A stretch of DNA of 64,000 nt. Source: a bacterium. GTDB taxonomy: Bacteria; Pseudomonadota; Alphaproteobacteria; Acetobacterales; Acetobacteraceae. Position numbers and translations under genes: made by a program. The DNA lies in NCBI GenBank assembly GCA_026224825.1, contig JAMFRO010000093.1, positions 4,946 to 68,945 on the forward strand, given 5' to 3'. The first letter of the stretch is position 1. Each line of letters starts with the position of its first letter. Below the pieces are notes generated by a model. The model was given only the letters and a program-made list of their open reading frames with translations, made no database searches and was not told the origin of the DNA. Below, in pieces: positions 26,022 to 34,514 of this stretch.

Positions 26022-29000
26022 TCAGACCTTTTTGCTCCTGGCAACAGGTTTTCCGGGCTTTTGTCTCACGGGCTGGAGCTGCGCTTCCACCCGCGCCAGA
26101 TCCGCCGCCTGGGCCGCCTTTACCGCCTTACCAAGTTTTAAGGTTTTTGCCGCCAGAGATTGCATGCGTGCAATCTCCGCCAGATGTGCCGCCGCGGAGA
26201 GTTTTTGCGTCACCCCGCCGCCATGCCGCCGGTGGATATTCAGCGGCTCGGCCACATAGGCGATGTCGCCTTCCTGCTCCGCCAGCGCCAGATACAGGCG
26301 CCAGTCGCCGGCCAGTTGCCAGGAGGCTAAATCCGGCACCGCATCCAGCGCTTGCAGCAGGGCCGCGCGCCGCCACAGCACCGCACTTACATTGGGGATG
26401 AGGTTGCGTAACCCCAGATGCGCGGCTGCGAATGTGCGCGCCGGCCAGATGCCGGAGGCCATCAGGGCTTTGGCTCCGGCGTCGAAATAATAGGATTTAT
26501 AGTCGGCCATCACCTGCTGGCCATGCTCGTCCACCGCACGGCTATCGGCAAAGGCGAGCAGGGCTCCGGCGCAGGCTTCCACCAGCGCTGCCAGCAGGCC
26601 GGGCTCGGCCGCGTCATCGGCCTCGCACAGCCAGATATACTCGCCCACCGCCGTCTCGGCGGCGCGGCGCCATTGCGCGAACACACCGGCGTTTTTGGTG
26701 TTGGCGATCACCCTGACCTCGCGCCCGGCCGCTTCGGCCAAAGCTTGCGCCACGGCAATGGAATCATCGGTAGAGGCATCGTCCAGGAGCAAAACCTCCG
26801 CCACGGGGTAGCTCTGGTTGAACACGCTGGCGAGCCGCTCCGGCAGATAACGCGCGTAATTATAATTCAGCACCGCGACACTCACACGCGCCATATCCGG
26901 CGCCACCAGCCGCAGCAGGCCATCCACATAGGCGCCAAAATCGAATTTCTGCGCCGCCATCGCCGCCAGCCTTGGGCGCATCTGCGTCAGTTTGCGGTGG
27001 TCCAGCAGTGAGGTGAGGGCGGCGGCAAACGCGTCCACATCCCCCGGCGGCACCACCAGCCCGGCGTTTTCCGCCCGCAGCAGTTCGGGTATGCCGCCGC
27101 TTTCATCAAACGCCACGCAAGGCACGCCGCAGGCCAGCGCCTCCATCACCACGGTCGGCAGCGGGTCCTCGCGCGAGGGCAGAGCCAGCACATCGGCGGC
27201 CGAGAAATACGCCGCCACATCATCGGTGAACGGCACATGGGTGAAGCCGGGGATCGCCGCCATCTCGGGGCCCAGATAGGTCTTCAGCATGAACTCGATA
27301 TCGCCGGCCCAGACGAAATACACATCTTTGCGGCTGCCAAATTTGCGTGCCAGTTGCAGGAACAGATCGAACCCCTTGCGCATATGCGCGTAGCCGGCGC
27401 CGAGCACGAGGAACTGCTTGTCACTTAAACCGAGCCCGGCCCTGATGCGCGCCCGCGCCGCCTGATCGAAACTTATATGCTGGTAATTGCCCTGCGGCAG
27501 CACCACGGCATTCAAGCCAGGCAGCTCCGTCACCTCGGCAAATTTATCGCGCGCGAAGCCTGAGGAGAACACCACATGCGCCGCCGCCTCGGCACCGCGC
27601 CTGCCTTGCGTTTCCAGATTATGCTCGCGGATCAATTGTGGCAGTTCATGAACCAGCATGGTCGCGGTAAAATGCCGCGCGGTGAGCCACGGCACCACGC
27701 GCGCGGCGGCGGCGGTGTTCACAATGGCGTGGCTCAGCCCCAAAGCCCGGTACTGGTCCAGCAGGCTGTCGATCATCCGCTTATTGCCGGCCACAATCAC
27801 ATCCGCCGCCTGGTGGTACTGGTCCAGCAGCGGCCCGGCGCCCAGCAGCAGCATTTTTACGCGCATACCGTATTGCCGCTTCAGCCGCCGGGCGATGTGC
27901 AGGAGCAGCAACTGCGCGCCATGCGGCTGCGCATCATGCCCCACCAGCAAAATCCCCAGCGCGCCGGTATCCCGCGCCACCACCGCCCGCGATGTGGCGT
28001 TGAGATAGGCAGCACCGGAGAAAACATCGGGCTCCAGATACGCCCCCTCGGCCCATTCATTCCACGCATTCACGCAGATGATCCGCGCGCCGTGGAATGG
28101 ATGTTTCGTACTGTAATCGATCGTCCGTTCCAGCCAGTCCTGGTACAGTGCCGGCGTGGCGCCATGCAGTACCAGCCCCTTGCCCTCGCGCCTGGGGTCA
28201 TTATCCCAGCCCGGCACGATGGTTTTAATCAGCGGATAATCCGGCACCTCCAGCCGCAGCGAGGTCTCGGCGAAAGTGGCGTAATCATGCACGGAAGCCG
28301 AAAAATCCGGATCAAGCGCTTCCAGTTCCGCATCGATGCGCGGCACTTCCTGGTTGATCTTATGCGGCGGAAATTCGATCGCCCCATCCAGCCCGTAAGG
28401 CGTGGGATCGTAATCCTCGCCCATGCTCTGCGCCATGATGATCAGCGGGGTCTCGCCATGCAACTCACGGAACATTTTCCGCCATATGGCGATCCGCCTG
28501 CGCGCATCGGGGATGAGGGCTGCGCGATAAATCATCAGCAGCGGCCTTCCCTCGATGCGGATATACCGCGCATCGGCGAACAGCCGGGCGAAATGTGCAA
28601 TTAGCGCTGGATCATCGTTCTCCAGATATTCCTGGGCGATGAGGATTTCATTCTCCATCCCATCCCAGCGCCGCGTCCAATTCTCATTGGCCCACATCGC
28701 GCAAAAGGAAAAATCCAAGGATTTATCAGCGAGAAATAGCTCCAGCGGCTTTTCCAGCAACCGGTGCCGGTTGAACCAATAGGTGTAGAAAATAAAACCA
28801 GACAGCCCCGCCGCTTTGGCCATCTCCACCTGGCGGCGCAGCACCTCCGGATTGTCCAGATCGTAGAACCCGAGGTCACGCGGCACGCGCGGCTGCTGGT
28901 GCCCCACAAAACGCGGGCTGGCGCGCAGCAGATTGGTCCAATCCGTAAACCCCTTGCCCCACCAGGCATCATTCTCCACCACGCGGTGGAATTGCGGCAG

Positions 29001-29756
29001 GTAATACGCCAGCACCTGCGCCTTGCGCGGCGCATGCGCGGGGGCGGGCGAAAATTCCTCAAAATGCGGGGCAGGGCGGGTGGCCCGGCGGATCATCGCC
29101 GCCACATCGCGCCGCTCCTCCGGCCGCGTCAGCAGCTCCGGCCGGCTCTCGCGGTTGGCCAGATAATGCAGCAGCGGGTTCTGCTCCTCCAACTCCGCCG
29201 CATAACGCTGCTGATAGAAATTAACGTCGAAATCCGCTGCTGGATTGCGCCCCTCCTTGGCCCCGAAAATACAGAAATGCTCAAACGGATCGATGCCCGA
29301 TTGCGCCACGTCCTTATTGGTATCGAGGTAATAGGCGGGATCGAACACCGGCACCGGGCTCACCTGCCCGCTCGTCCGCCGCTCGAGGAAATGTTTCAGG
29401 CATGGCTCTTTCGGCCCCAGCCCGTGCGTCTCACGGTACCATTTCGTGTCGAACCAAGGGGAGGGGTTCAACCCCTCGGCCTCGCCGAAGGCGATGTAAT
29501 GCAGCAGGGGATTTATCCCGGCGCCGGCAATTTGGCTGTTCTGCTTGAGATACCACCCCGTATCGAAATACGGGTTAGGCAGCGCCCCCTCGCGCCAGCC
29601 AAAGCTACAGAAATGCTCAATCCCATCCCCGCCGCGCCCGGCCAGCTCCCGGTGCAGCCCTATATACCAGGCCGGCAAAAACAGCCCGCTCTGGCGGATA
29701 ACAAGGATCTCGGTCTGCAACTGCTGCGCGTTCAAGGGGCCTCCGGGGAGCATCAT
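26022..29756 (-). CDS. 1244-aa multi-domain glycosyltransferase (N-terminal repeats, then WbsX-like, GT4 and GT2 domains)
   Basis: 4-5 N-terminal repeats of the form FDxxWY...G(I/N)(N/D)P..H(Y/F)..G..EG. WbsX-type block YYLPQFHRVVENDAWWGKGFTDW...FYTYWFN...MWANENWTRRWDG. GT4 block with the E-x7-E motif (SREDPLPTVVMEALACGVP). C-terminal GT2 block (VAVLNYNYARYL, LDDASTDDS, LCEADD). Confidence 0.8.
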   Translation of the reverse strand: MMLPGGPLNAQQLQTEILVIRQSGLFLPAWYIGLHRELAGRGGDGIEHFCSFGWREGALPNPYFDTGWYLKQNSQIAGAGINPLLHYIAFGEAEGLNPSPWFDTKWYRETHGLGPKEPCLKHFLERRTSGQVSPVPVFDPAYYLDTNKDVAQSGIDPFEHFCIFGAKEGRNPAADFDVNFYQQRYAAELEEQNPLLHYLANRESRPELLTRPEERRDVAAMIRRATRPAPHFEEFSPAPAHAPRKAQVLAYYLPQFHRVVENDAWWGKGFTDWTNLLRASPRFVGHQQPRVPRDLGFYDLDNPEVLRRQVEMAKAAGLSGFIFYTYWFNRHRLLEKPLELFLADKSLDFSFCAMWANENWTRRWDGMENEILIAQEYLENDDPALIAHFARLFADARYIRIEGRPLLMIYRAALIPDARRRIAIWRKMFRELHGETPLIIMAQSMGEDYDPTPYGLDGAIEFPPHKINQEVPRIDAELEALDPDFSASVHDYATFAETSLRLEVPDYPLIKTIVPGWDNDPRREGKGLVLHGATPALYQDWLERTIDYSTKHPFHGARIICVNAWNEWAEGAYLEPDVFSGAAYLNATSRAVVARDTGALGILLVGHDAQPHGAQLLLLHIARRLKRQYGMRVKMLLLGAGPLLDQYHQAADVIVAGNKRMIDSLLDQYRALGLSHAIVNTAAAARVVPWLTARHFTATMLVHELPQLIREHNLETQGRRGAEAAAHVVFSSGFARDKFAEVTELPGLNAVVLPQGNYQHISFDQAARARIRAGLGLSDKQFLVLGAGYAHMRKGFDLFLQLARKFGSRKDVYFVWAGDIEFMLKTYLGPEMAAIPGFTHVPFTDDVAAYFSAADVLALPSREDPLPTVVMEALACGVPCVAFDESGGIPELLRAENAGLVVPPGDVDAFAAALTSLLDHRKLTQMRPRLAAMAAQKFDFGAYVDGLLRLVAPDMARVSVAVLNYNYARYLPERLASVFNQSYPVAEVLLLDDASTDDSIAVAQALAEAAGREVRVIANTKNAGVFAQWRRAAETAVGEYIWLCEADDAAEPGLLAALVEACAGALLAFADSRAVDEHGQQVMADYKSYYFDAGAKALMASGIWPARTFAAAHLGLRNLIPNVSAVLWRRAALLQALDAVPDLASWQLAGDWRLYLALAEQEGDIAYVAEPLNIHRRHGGGVTQKLSAAAHLAEIARMQSLAAKTLKLGKAVKAAQAADLARVEAQLQPVRQKPGKPVARSKKV

Positions 29757-29975
29757 GCCCGCAAGCCACCGTATTTGTCACCCCGCCCGCAAATTCGTAA
29801 TTGACATGCGCTGGCCAGAGGTACAGTTTTGCCGCAGGCTGATACGGCCTGCCGGTTGCACCCTTTGGGGAATGGTGAACGTATCGAGCCATGATGGCCC
29901 TTCTTTTGCCCGAGCGGCCGGGTCAGCAACGCAACCACCTGACACCCCTGGTTCGCTCATGCAAAGGATGAACTC

Positions 29976-30806
29976 ATGCGCGATTTTCGCGATGCCAAAG
30001 CCATGGCCCAGACCCTACGTGATAGTTTGAACAGCAAAACCGCCCCCATCAGCCCCCCCATCAGCCATAGTGAAAGCCTGGAGCTGGTCTCCAAAATGCT
30101 GGGACTGCAGGATTGGAATACATTATCGGCTCTGCTCCAGGCTGGGCAGCAGGAACCTTCAACCATAAAGCACCCGCAGGACACCGCCAGCTATCCAGCC
30201 ATTCCCGTGCGGGATTTCGTGCCATTTCCGGGGAGCTATTTTCCGCTTTTCATAGGGCGCGAGAAGACCAAGCAGGCGCTTGACCGCGCGTTTGCAAGCC
30301 ACCGCGAGGTGGTGCTTGCCGTGCAGCGGGATGAGTCCGTCGATGAGCCGGGCCAAGGCGATATTTACGAGCTCGGCGTGCTCGCCACCGTGATGGAGCT
30401 GCAGCGGCTGCCGGATGGCGTCGAGATTTTAGGCAAAACGCTTAACGCCGCAATGAAAATCATGCTGATGGCCACAAGGCGCGTCGCCATCCGCAAATTC
30501 ACGGGCGGGGCGGGGGCTTACCAGGCCGAAATCACGAATATCAGCGAGGGGCCGATTCCCGATGCGCTTGAACTCATTAGAAAGGCACTGGAAGGTTTCG
30601 AAGCCTATGCGGCAAAACACGATCTGGATATGCAGCGAATCCGTTCGACCATTGGTCAAAGCGACCCCGGACGGGTGGCGGACGTTATTTGTGCATTTGT
30701 AACGCTCCCGATCAACGACAAGCAGAGTTTGCTTGCCACACTCGACCCTGTAGCGCGGCTGGAAAAAATCATTGCCCTCATGGAGCGCAACCTGGCAACC
30801 GTTTGA
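29976..30806 (+). CDS. LON N-terminal (substrate-binding) domain protein with an extra N-terminal helical module
   Basis: IPVRDFVPFPGSYFPLFIGREKTKQALDRA...VLAVQRD...DIYELGVLATVMELQRLPDG matches the Lon N-domain pattern. No AAA+ or protease domain. The first roughly 55 aa (MRDFRDAKAMAQTLRDSL...SESLELVSKMLGLQDWNTLSA) form a module I recall from glyoxalase-superfamily proteins. Confidence 0.7.
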   Translation: MRDFRDAKAMAQTLRDSLNSKTAPISPPISHSESLELVSKMLGLQDWNTLSALLQAGQQEPSTIKHPQDTASYPAIPVRDFVPFPGSYFPLFIGREKTKQALDRAFASHREVVLAVQRDESVDEPGQGDIYELGVLATVMELQRLPDGVEILGKTLNAAMKIMLMATRRVAIRKFTGGAGAYQAEITNISEGPIPDALELIRKALEGFEAYAAKHDLDMQRIRSTIGQSDPGRVADVICAFVTLPINDKQSLLATLDPVARLEKIIALMERNLATV

Positions 30807-31036
30807 GGCGGGGGTGTTTCCACGGAAAAGGCCAGGGCTCTGCCCTGGACCCGCCAAGGGCCGAAAGGCCCTTGGATCCCGTAACTTAAGAATTGAAAAG
30901 GGCCCTGCCACCTAGCTGTTTTAACAGCTGGATGGCAGGGCCCTTTTCAATTCTTAAAAGCTAATGGGGGTCTGGGGCCTCAGGCCCCAGCGGGTCCAGG
31001 GCAGAGCCCTGGCCTTTTCCGTGGAAACACCCCGCC
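30807..31036. repeat. palindromic mosaic element, copy B (outer modules plus core type 2)
   Basis: Termini GGCGGGG(G)TGTTTCCACGGAAAAGGCCAGGGCTCTGCCCTGG are inverted at both ends. Core has perfect 25-bp arms, 30886..30910 / 30933..30957 (ttaagaattgaaaagggccctgcca). The element starts right after the TGA of the left gene and ends right before the TAA of the right gene. Confidence 0.9.
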
Positions 31037-32134
31037 TTAAAACAAATCGCCCAAATGCCGGTGGTGATTTGTATCGATGCTGATCTCCGTGCTCATCCCC
31101 GCCAGCAGCGGCAAATCAGCCGGACCGGAGAGAACCCGGATCCGCACCGGAATGCGCTGCACCACCTTCACCCAGTTTCCGGAAGAATTCTGCGCCGGCA
31201 GAATGGCGAATTCCGAGCCCGATGCCGGGGAAACACTCTCCACCTCGCCCTTCCATGTCTGGCCCGGATAGGTATCCACCGTAATGGTCACGCTCTGCCC
31301 CGGGCGCACCCAGGTAAGCTGGTCTTCCTTGGGCTGCGCGGTGATGAACACATCCTGGTCCGAGACCAGCCCGAAGGCGGCGGTGCCGGCCAGCAGGAAC
31401 ATGCCCGGCTGCAACTGCTCCACCTGCGTCACCGTGCCGGAGAACGGCGCCTTCACCACGGAATGGTCGAGATTGCGCTGCGCATCGCGCAGATCCGCAT
31501 CGGCCTGCTGGTATTCGGGCGTATCCTCGGGCTTGATGTCCGGATTGCCCTGCAGTTTCGTCAACTGCTGCCTTGCCGCCTGGTCAAGCTGGGTAAGATG
31601 CTGTTGGTCGGCTTCCAGCGTAAAGCGCGCATCGTCATATTGCGCGCGTGTCGCCCCACCTTTGGCCACCACGGCGGCATAGCGGGCGAGGTCGGCCTGG
31701 TCCTTCTCCACCTGCACCTTGGCCATCTCCACCTGTGCCGCGGCCTGGGCGTAGCTGTGCCTGGCGCCGTTTATGCTCTCAACCGATTGCGCCAGCGCCG
31801 CCTGGGCGCGCTCAACCGCTGTCTGATATGTTTCCTGGCCGATGCTGAACAGCGGCTGCCCCGCCGCCACATGCTGGTTATCCTTCACGTAAACCTGGTC
31901 CACCAGCCCGGATACATCCGTGGAGAGCGAGACCTTCGCGGCATCGACATAAGAATCATCGGTGGAGATGGTGGCACCGCCGCCCAGCCACATGAAAAAT
32001 GCCACCAGCAGCACGGCCAGCACGCCGCCGATCATCAACACCGGGCGCAGCAGCCGGCTGCGATTCACCCGGTTTACCGCGGCAAGCCCCGCACCGGCGT
32101 CCTGTTCCCGCCCCACAATATTCGCCTGCGACAT
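31037..32134 (-). CDS. HlyD/EmrA-family membrane fusion protein
   Basis: N-terminal TM, a long coiled-coil, and barrel motifs (TDDSYVDAAKVSLSTDVSGLV, APFSGTVT). Typical EmrA layout. Confidence 0.85.
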   Translation of the reverse strand: MSQANIVGREQDAGAGLAAVNRVNRSRLLRPVLMIGGVLAVLLVAFFMWLGGGATISTDDSYVDAAKVSLSTDVSGLVDQVYVKDNQHVAAGQPLFSIGQETYQTAVERAQAALAQSVESINGARHSYAQAAAQVEMAKVQVEKDQADLARYAAVVAKGGATRAQYDDARFTLEADQQHLTQLDQAARQQLTKLQGNPDIKPEDTPEYQQADADLRDAQRNLDHSVVKAPFSGTVTQVEQLQPGMFLLAGTAAFGLVSDQDVFITAQPKEDQLTWVRPGQSVTITVDTYPGQTWKGEVESVSPASGSEFAILPAQNSSGNWVKVVQRIPVRIRVLSGPADLPLLAGMSTEISIDTNHHRHLGDLF

Positions 32135-32195
32135 AGATTGCGTCTTCCCTTTGAATACTTTTTACAATGTTGCGTCTATAATATTTGCCGCCGTT

Positions 32196-32672
32196 CTAAT
32201 CGGCCGCACCCTGGGTAATGACCGGGGCATTCTCTATGCTCAACACATTCGCCTTCATCCGTAACAAACCATTTACCATCACCTCGCGCTGCTCCGGCGT
32301 TACCCCTGTGCCGATAAAATCCGCCAGTGCCTGCAGCTCGTCATTTATATCCTTCAGCACCTTCATCGCGGGCGGCAGCAGATGCAGCCGCCAGATGCGC
32401 CGGTCCTGCCCATCCGCCCGGCGCTCCACCATGCCGGCGGCCTCCAGCCGGTCCAGCATCCGCGCCACGGTGATGGGTTCCACCTCCAGAATATCCGCCA
32501 GCTCCTTCTGGCTGCGCCCCGGCTGGCTGGCCAGGCGCCGGATAATGCCCCATTGCGCCCGCGTCATGCCCATGCGCCGCGCGCGCCTGTCCGCCTCCAC
32601 CCGCGTGAGCCGTGCCACGTCGTGGATCAGGAGAAACATGTCGCGTTCGAATTCGGCGCTCATACGGGGCAT
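32196..32672 (-). CDS. MarR-family transcriptional regulator
   Basis: Winged-helix core MTRAQWGIIRRLASQPGRSQKELADILEVEPITVARMLDRLEAAGMVERRADGQDRR. Confidence 0.85.
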   Translation of the reverse strand: MPRMSAEFERDMFLLIHDVARLTRVEADRRARRMGMTRAQWGIIRRLASQPGRSQKELADILEVEPITVARMLDRLEAAGMVERRADGQDRRIWRLHLLPPAMKVLKDINDELQALADFIGTGVTPEQREVMVNGLLRMKANVLSIENAPVITQGAAD

Positions 32673-32675
32673 ATA

Positions 32676-32701
32676 ATAAGCAAGCTTATAAACAGCAAGC
32701 T
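32676..32701. promoter_or_regulatory. candidate MarR operator (palindrome ATAAGCAAGCTTAT plus a second AGCAAGCT copy)
   Basis: The 8-bp palindrome AGCAAGCT occurs at 32679..32686 and 32694..32701, immediately upstream of the marR start codon. Confidence 0.3.
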
Positions 32702-32746
32702 ACCTGTTTTTTGATTGTCAGCCCCGCGCGCGATGCGCGCAAGTCA

Positions 32747-33427
32747 TCATCGCGCGTTGTTCAACGCCATATGCAGCACCGGTATTATGCCGTTCAACGC
32801 AATCTGCACGCCGATGCCCAGCAGCAGAAACGCCGCCAGCCTGGCCACCGCCACCCGCCCGGTCTCGCCCAGAAAGGCCGCCAGCCGGTCCGCAGCACTG
32901 TAGCTGGCCCAGATGGTGAGCGACATCGCCAGCACCGCCGCCGTGGCGCCACCGTAAAACGCGCCCAAGCCCGCCAGCCCATTGGGCCGCGCCGTGCCCA
33001 GCGAGATGGCCACCGCAATGGTGCCCGGCCCGGTGGTGAAGGGCAGGGTAAGTGGAAAAAACGCGAACCCGCCCAGGTTTTGCGGTTTCGCATCCTCCAC
33101 CGGCTGCGCCTCACGCTGCTTGCGCGCGGTGCTGTCATCCGGCGTGGAGAGCATCTCATAAGCCCGCGCCGAGACAACAATGCCGCCAGCGATGCGCAAG
33201 GCATCCAGCGAGATGCCGAAGAAACTCAGCACATAGGCGCCGAGTACAAGTGCTCCCAGCATCACGAAAGTGGAATACACCGCCACCCGCCGCGCCAGCG
33301 CCGTGCGCTGCGCATGGGTAAGGGCGGATGTCACCTCATTAAAAATAATTGCCCCGCCCGGCGGGTTGATAATGGAGAACAGCGCCGGATACGCCAGCAG
33401 AAAAGCCCCCATAGCCTGTGCCAGCAT
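32747..33427 (-). CDS. MarC/UPF0056 (NAAT) family membrane protein
   Basis: Start trimmed to MLAQAMGAFLLAYPALFSIINPPGGAIIFN. About 6 TM helices and the FPLTLPFTTGPG motif. Confidence 0.8.
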   Translation of the reverse strand: MLAQAMGAFLLAYPALFSIINPPGGAIIFNEVTSALTHAQRTALARRVAVYSTFVMLGALVLGAYVLSFFGISLDALRIAGGIVVSARAYEMLSTPDDSTARKQREAQPVEDAKPQNLGGFAFFPLTLPFTTGPGTIAVAISLGTARPNGLAGLGAFYGGATAAVLAMSLTIWASYSAADRLAAFLGETGRVAVARLAAFLLLGIGVQIALNGIIPVLHMALNNAR

Positions 33428-33483
33428 GATTCTGGTCCCCCTCCGCCCCTTACTGCGGCCTTTATACACCATAGCCCCTGCCA

Positions 33484-33572
33484 CCGTCATGCCCGCGAAA
33501 GCGGGCATCCCAGGCCGCGGAGGCACCATCCCATCACCCCCTCGTCATTGCGAGCGCAGCGAAGCAACCCAT
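33484..33572. repeat. two short REP-like GC hairpin motifs
   Basis: ccgtcATGCCCGCgaaaGCGGGCATccc, and cgtcattgcgagcgcagcgaagcaaccc. These are the motifs that translate as ...PAKAGI... and ...CERSEA... in spurious ORFs of many proteobacterial genomes. Confidence 0.5.
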
Positions 33573-33641
33573 CTTTGCCGCCATTGGCAACCCATTATCC
33601 GAATGCAATGATGCGCCATACATCCACCCCAGCGAGCCGTC

Positions 33642-34145
33642 ATGCCCCAGAACCGTTTTGTCGCCGCCATCCTCTTGCTTCCCCTCGCGCTTACCGGATG
33701 CGCCCAGCCGCCGGTTGCGAGAGCCGAGTGTACTTGCTAGTTGGGGCGGTTGGTTTTTGGCCCCGCGCCAGGATCAGAACAGGATCTGGTCGCCAATGTC
33801 GGCGACCGCGTGTTCTTCACCTTCGCCAAATCCAGCCTGAACAGCGATTCCGAAGTTACACTGGCCAAACAATCCGCCTGGCTGGCCAAATACCCTTCAG
33901 TGGAGGTGTTGATCGCCTGCAATACCGACGAGCGAGGCACTGAAACCTATAACCTTGCCCTTGGCCAACGCCGCGCCGATGCCGCGCGTGATTATCTCCT
34001 CGCCGAAGGCGTAGCCCCCGCCCGGATCAGTACAATTTCCTATGGTAAGGACCGTCCAATAGTGCGAGGCCACGACGAATCTGCTTGGCAGCAAAACCGC
34101 AACGCCATCACCTCAGTGCAAGGTTTTAACCCGCAGGCCCAATAA
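33642..34145 (+). pseudogene. Pal/OmpA-family lipoprotein gene interrupted by an in-frame TAG
   Basis: ATG 33642 gives MPQNRFVAAILLLPLALTGC (signal plus lipobox) ...ARAECTC. TAG follows at 33738..33740. The same frame then continues LGRLVFGPAPGSEQDLVANVGDRVFF...NTDERGTETYNLALGQRRADAARDYL...ISYGKDRP (OmpA-like domain). Confidence 0.6.
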
Positions 34146-34146
34146 C

Positions 34147-34443
34147 CTAAGCACTCAACCGCCGCCTATTCGCCCGCACCTTCTTGCGGTACAGCGCCAC
34201 CACCTTATCCGCATTCATATCCTGCTTGCCGCCCAGCGCGCCCATCATCATCATCTGGCCGCTCTCTGCCATGGCGGAGAGTTTCTCGGACACCATCAGC
34301 TCGGCCTCAGCTTGCGCCGCCGGCCCGCCAAAGGCCATTTTGGTCAGCCGCAATGCGATCACCTGCTGCGCCTCGATGGCCAGCATCGTGCCCTGAAACG
34401 CCAGCCCCATATTCGGCCAGGAGTAGAAACTTGTCTTCGCCAT
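34147..34443 (-). CDS. hypothetical small protein
   Basis: Internal Met MAKTSFYSWPNMGLAFQGTMLAIEAQQVIALRL..., 98 aa. No family recognised. Confidence 0.4.
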   Translation of the reverse strand: MAKTSFYSWPNMGLAFQGTMLAIEAQQVIALRLTKMAFGGPAAQAEAELMVSEKLSAMAESGQMMMMGALGGKQDMNADKVVALYRKKVRANRRRLSA

Positions 34444-34514
34444 GGTGAAAGCTCCGGTTGCTTGCCTCCATATGGGGCAATCCGCCTTGCATCCAAAGTT
34501 AATTGCGCAAAACT

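Noticed and set aside
26032-29804. Multiple plus-strand ORFs (for example 27576..28604 and 28764..29804) within the giant glycosyltransferase gene
   Set aside because: They are antisense frames of a 1244-aa ORF that has clear WbsX, GT4 and GT2 motifs.
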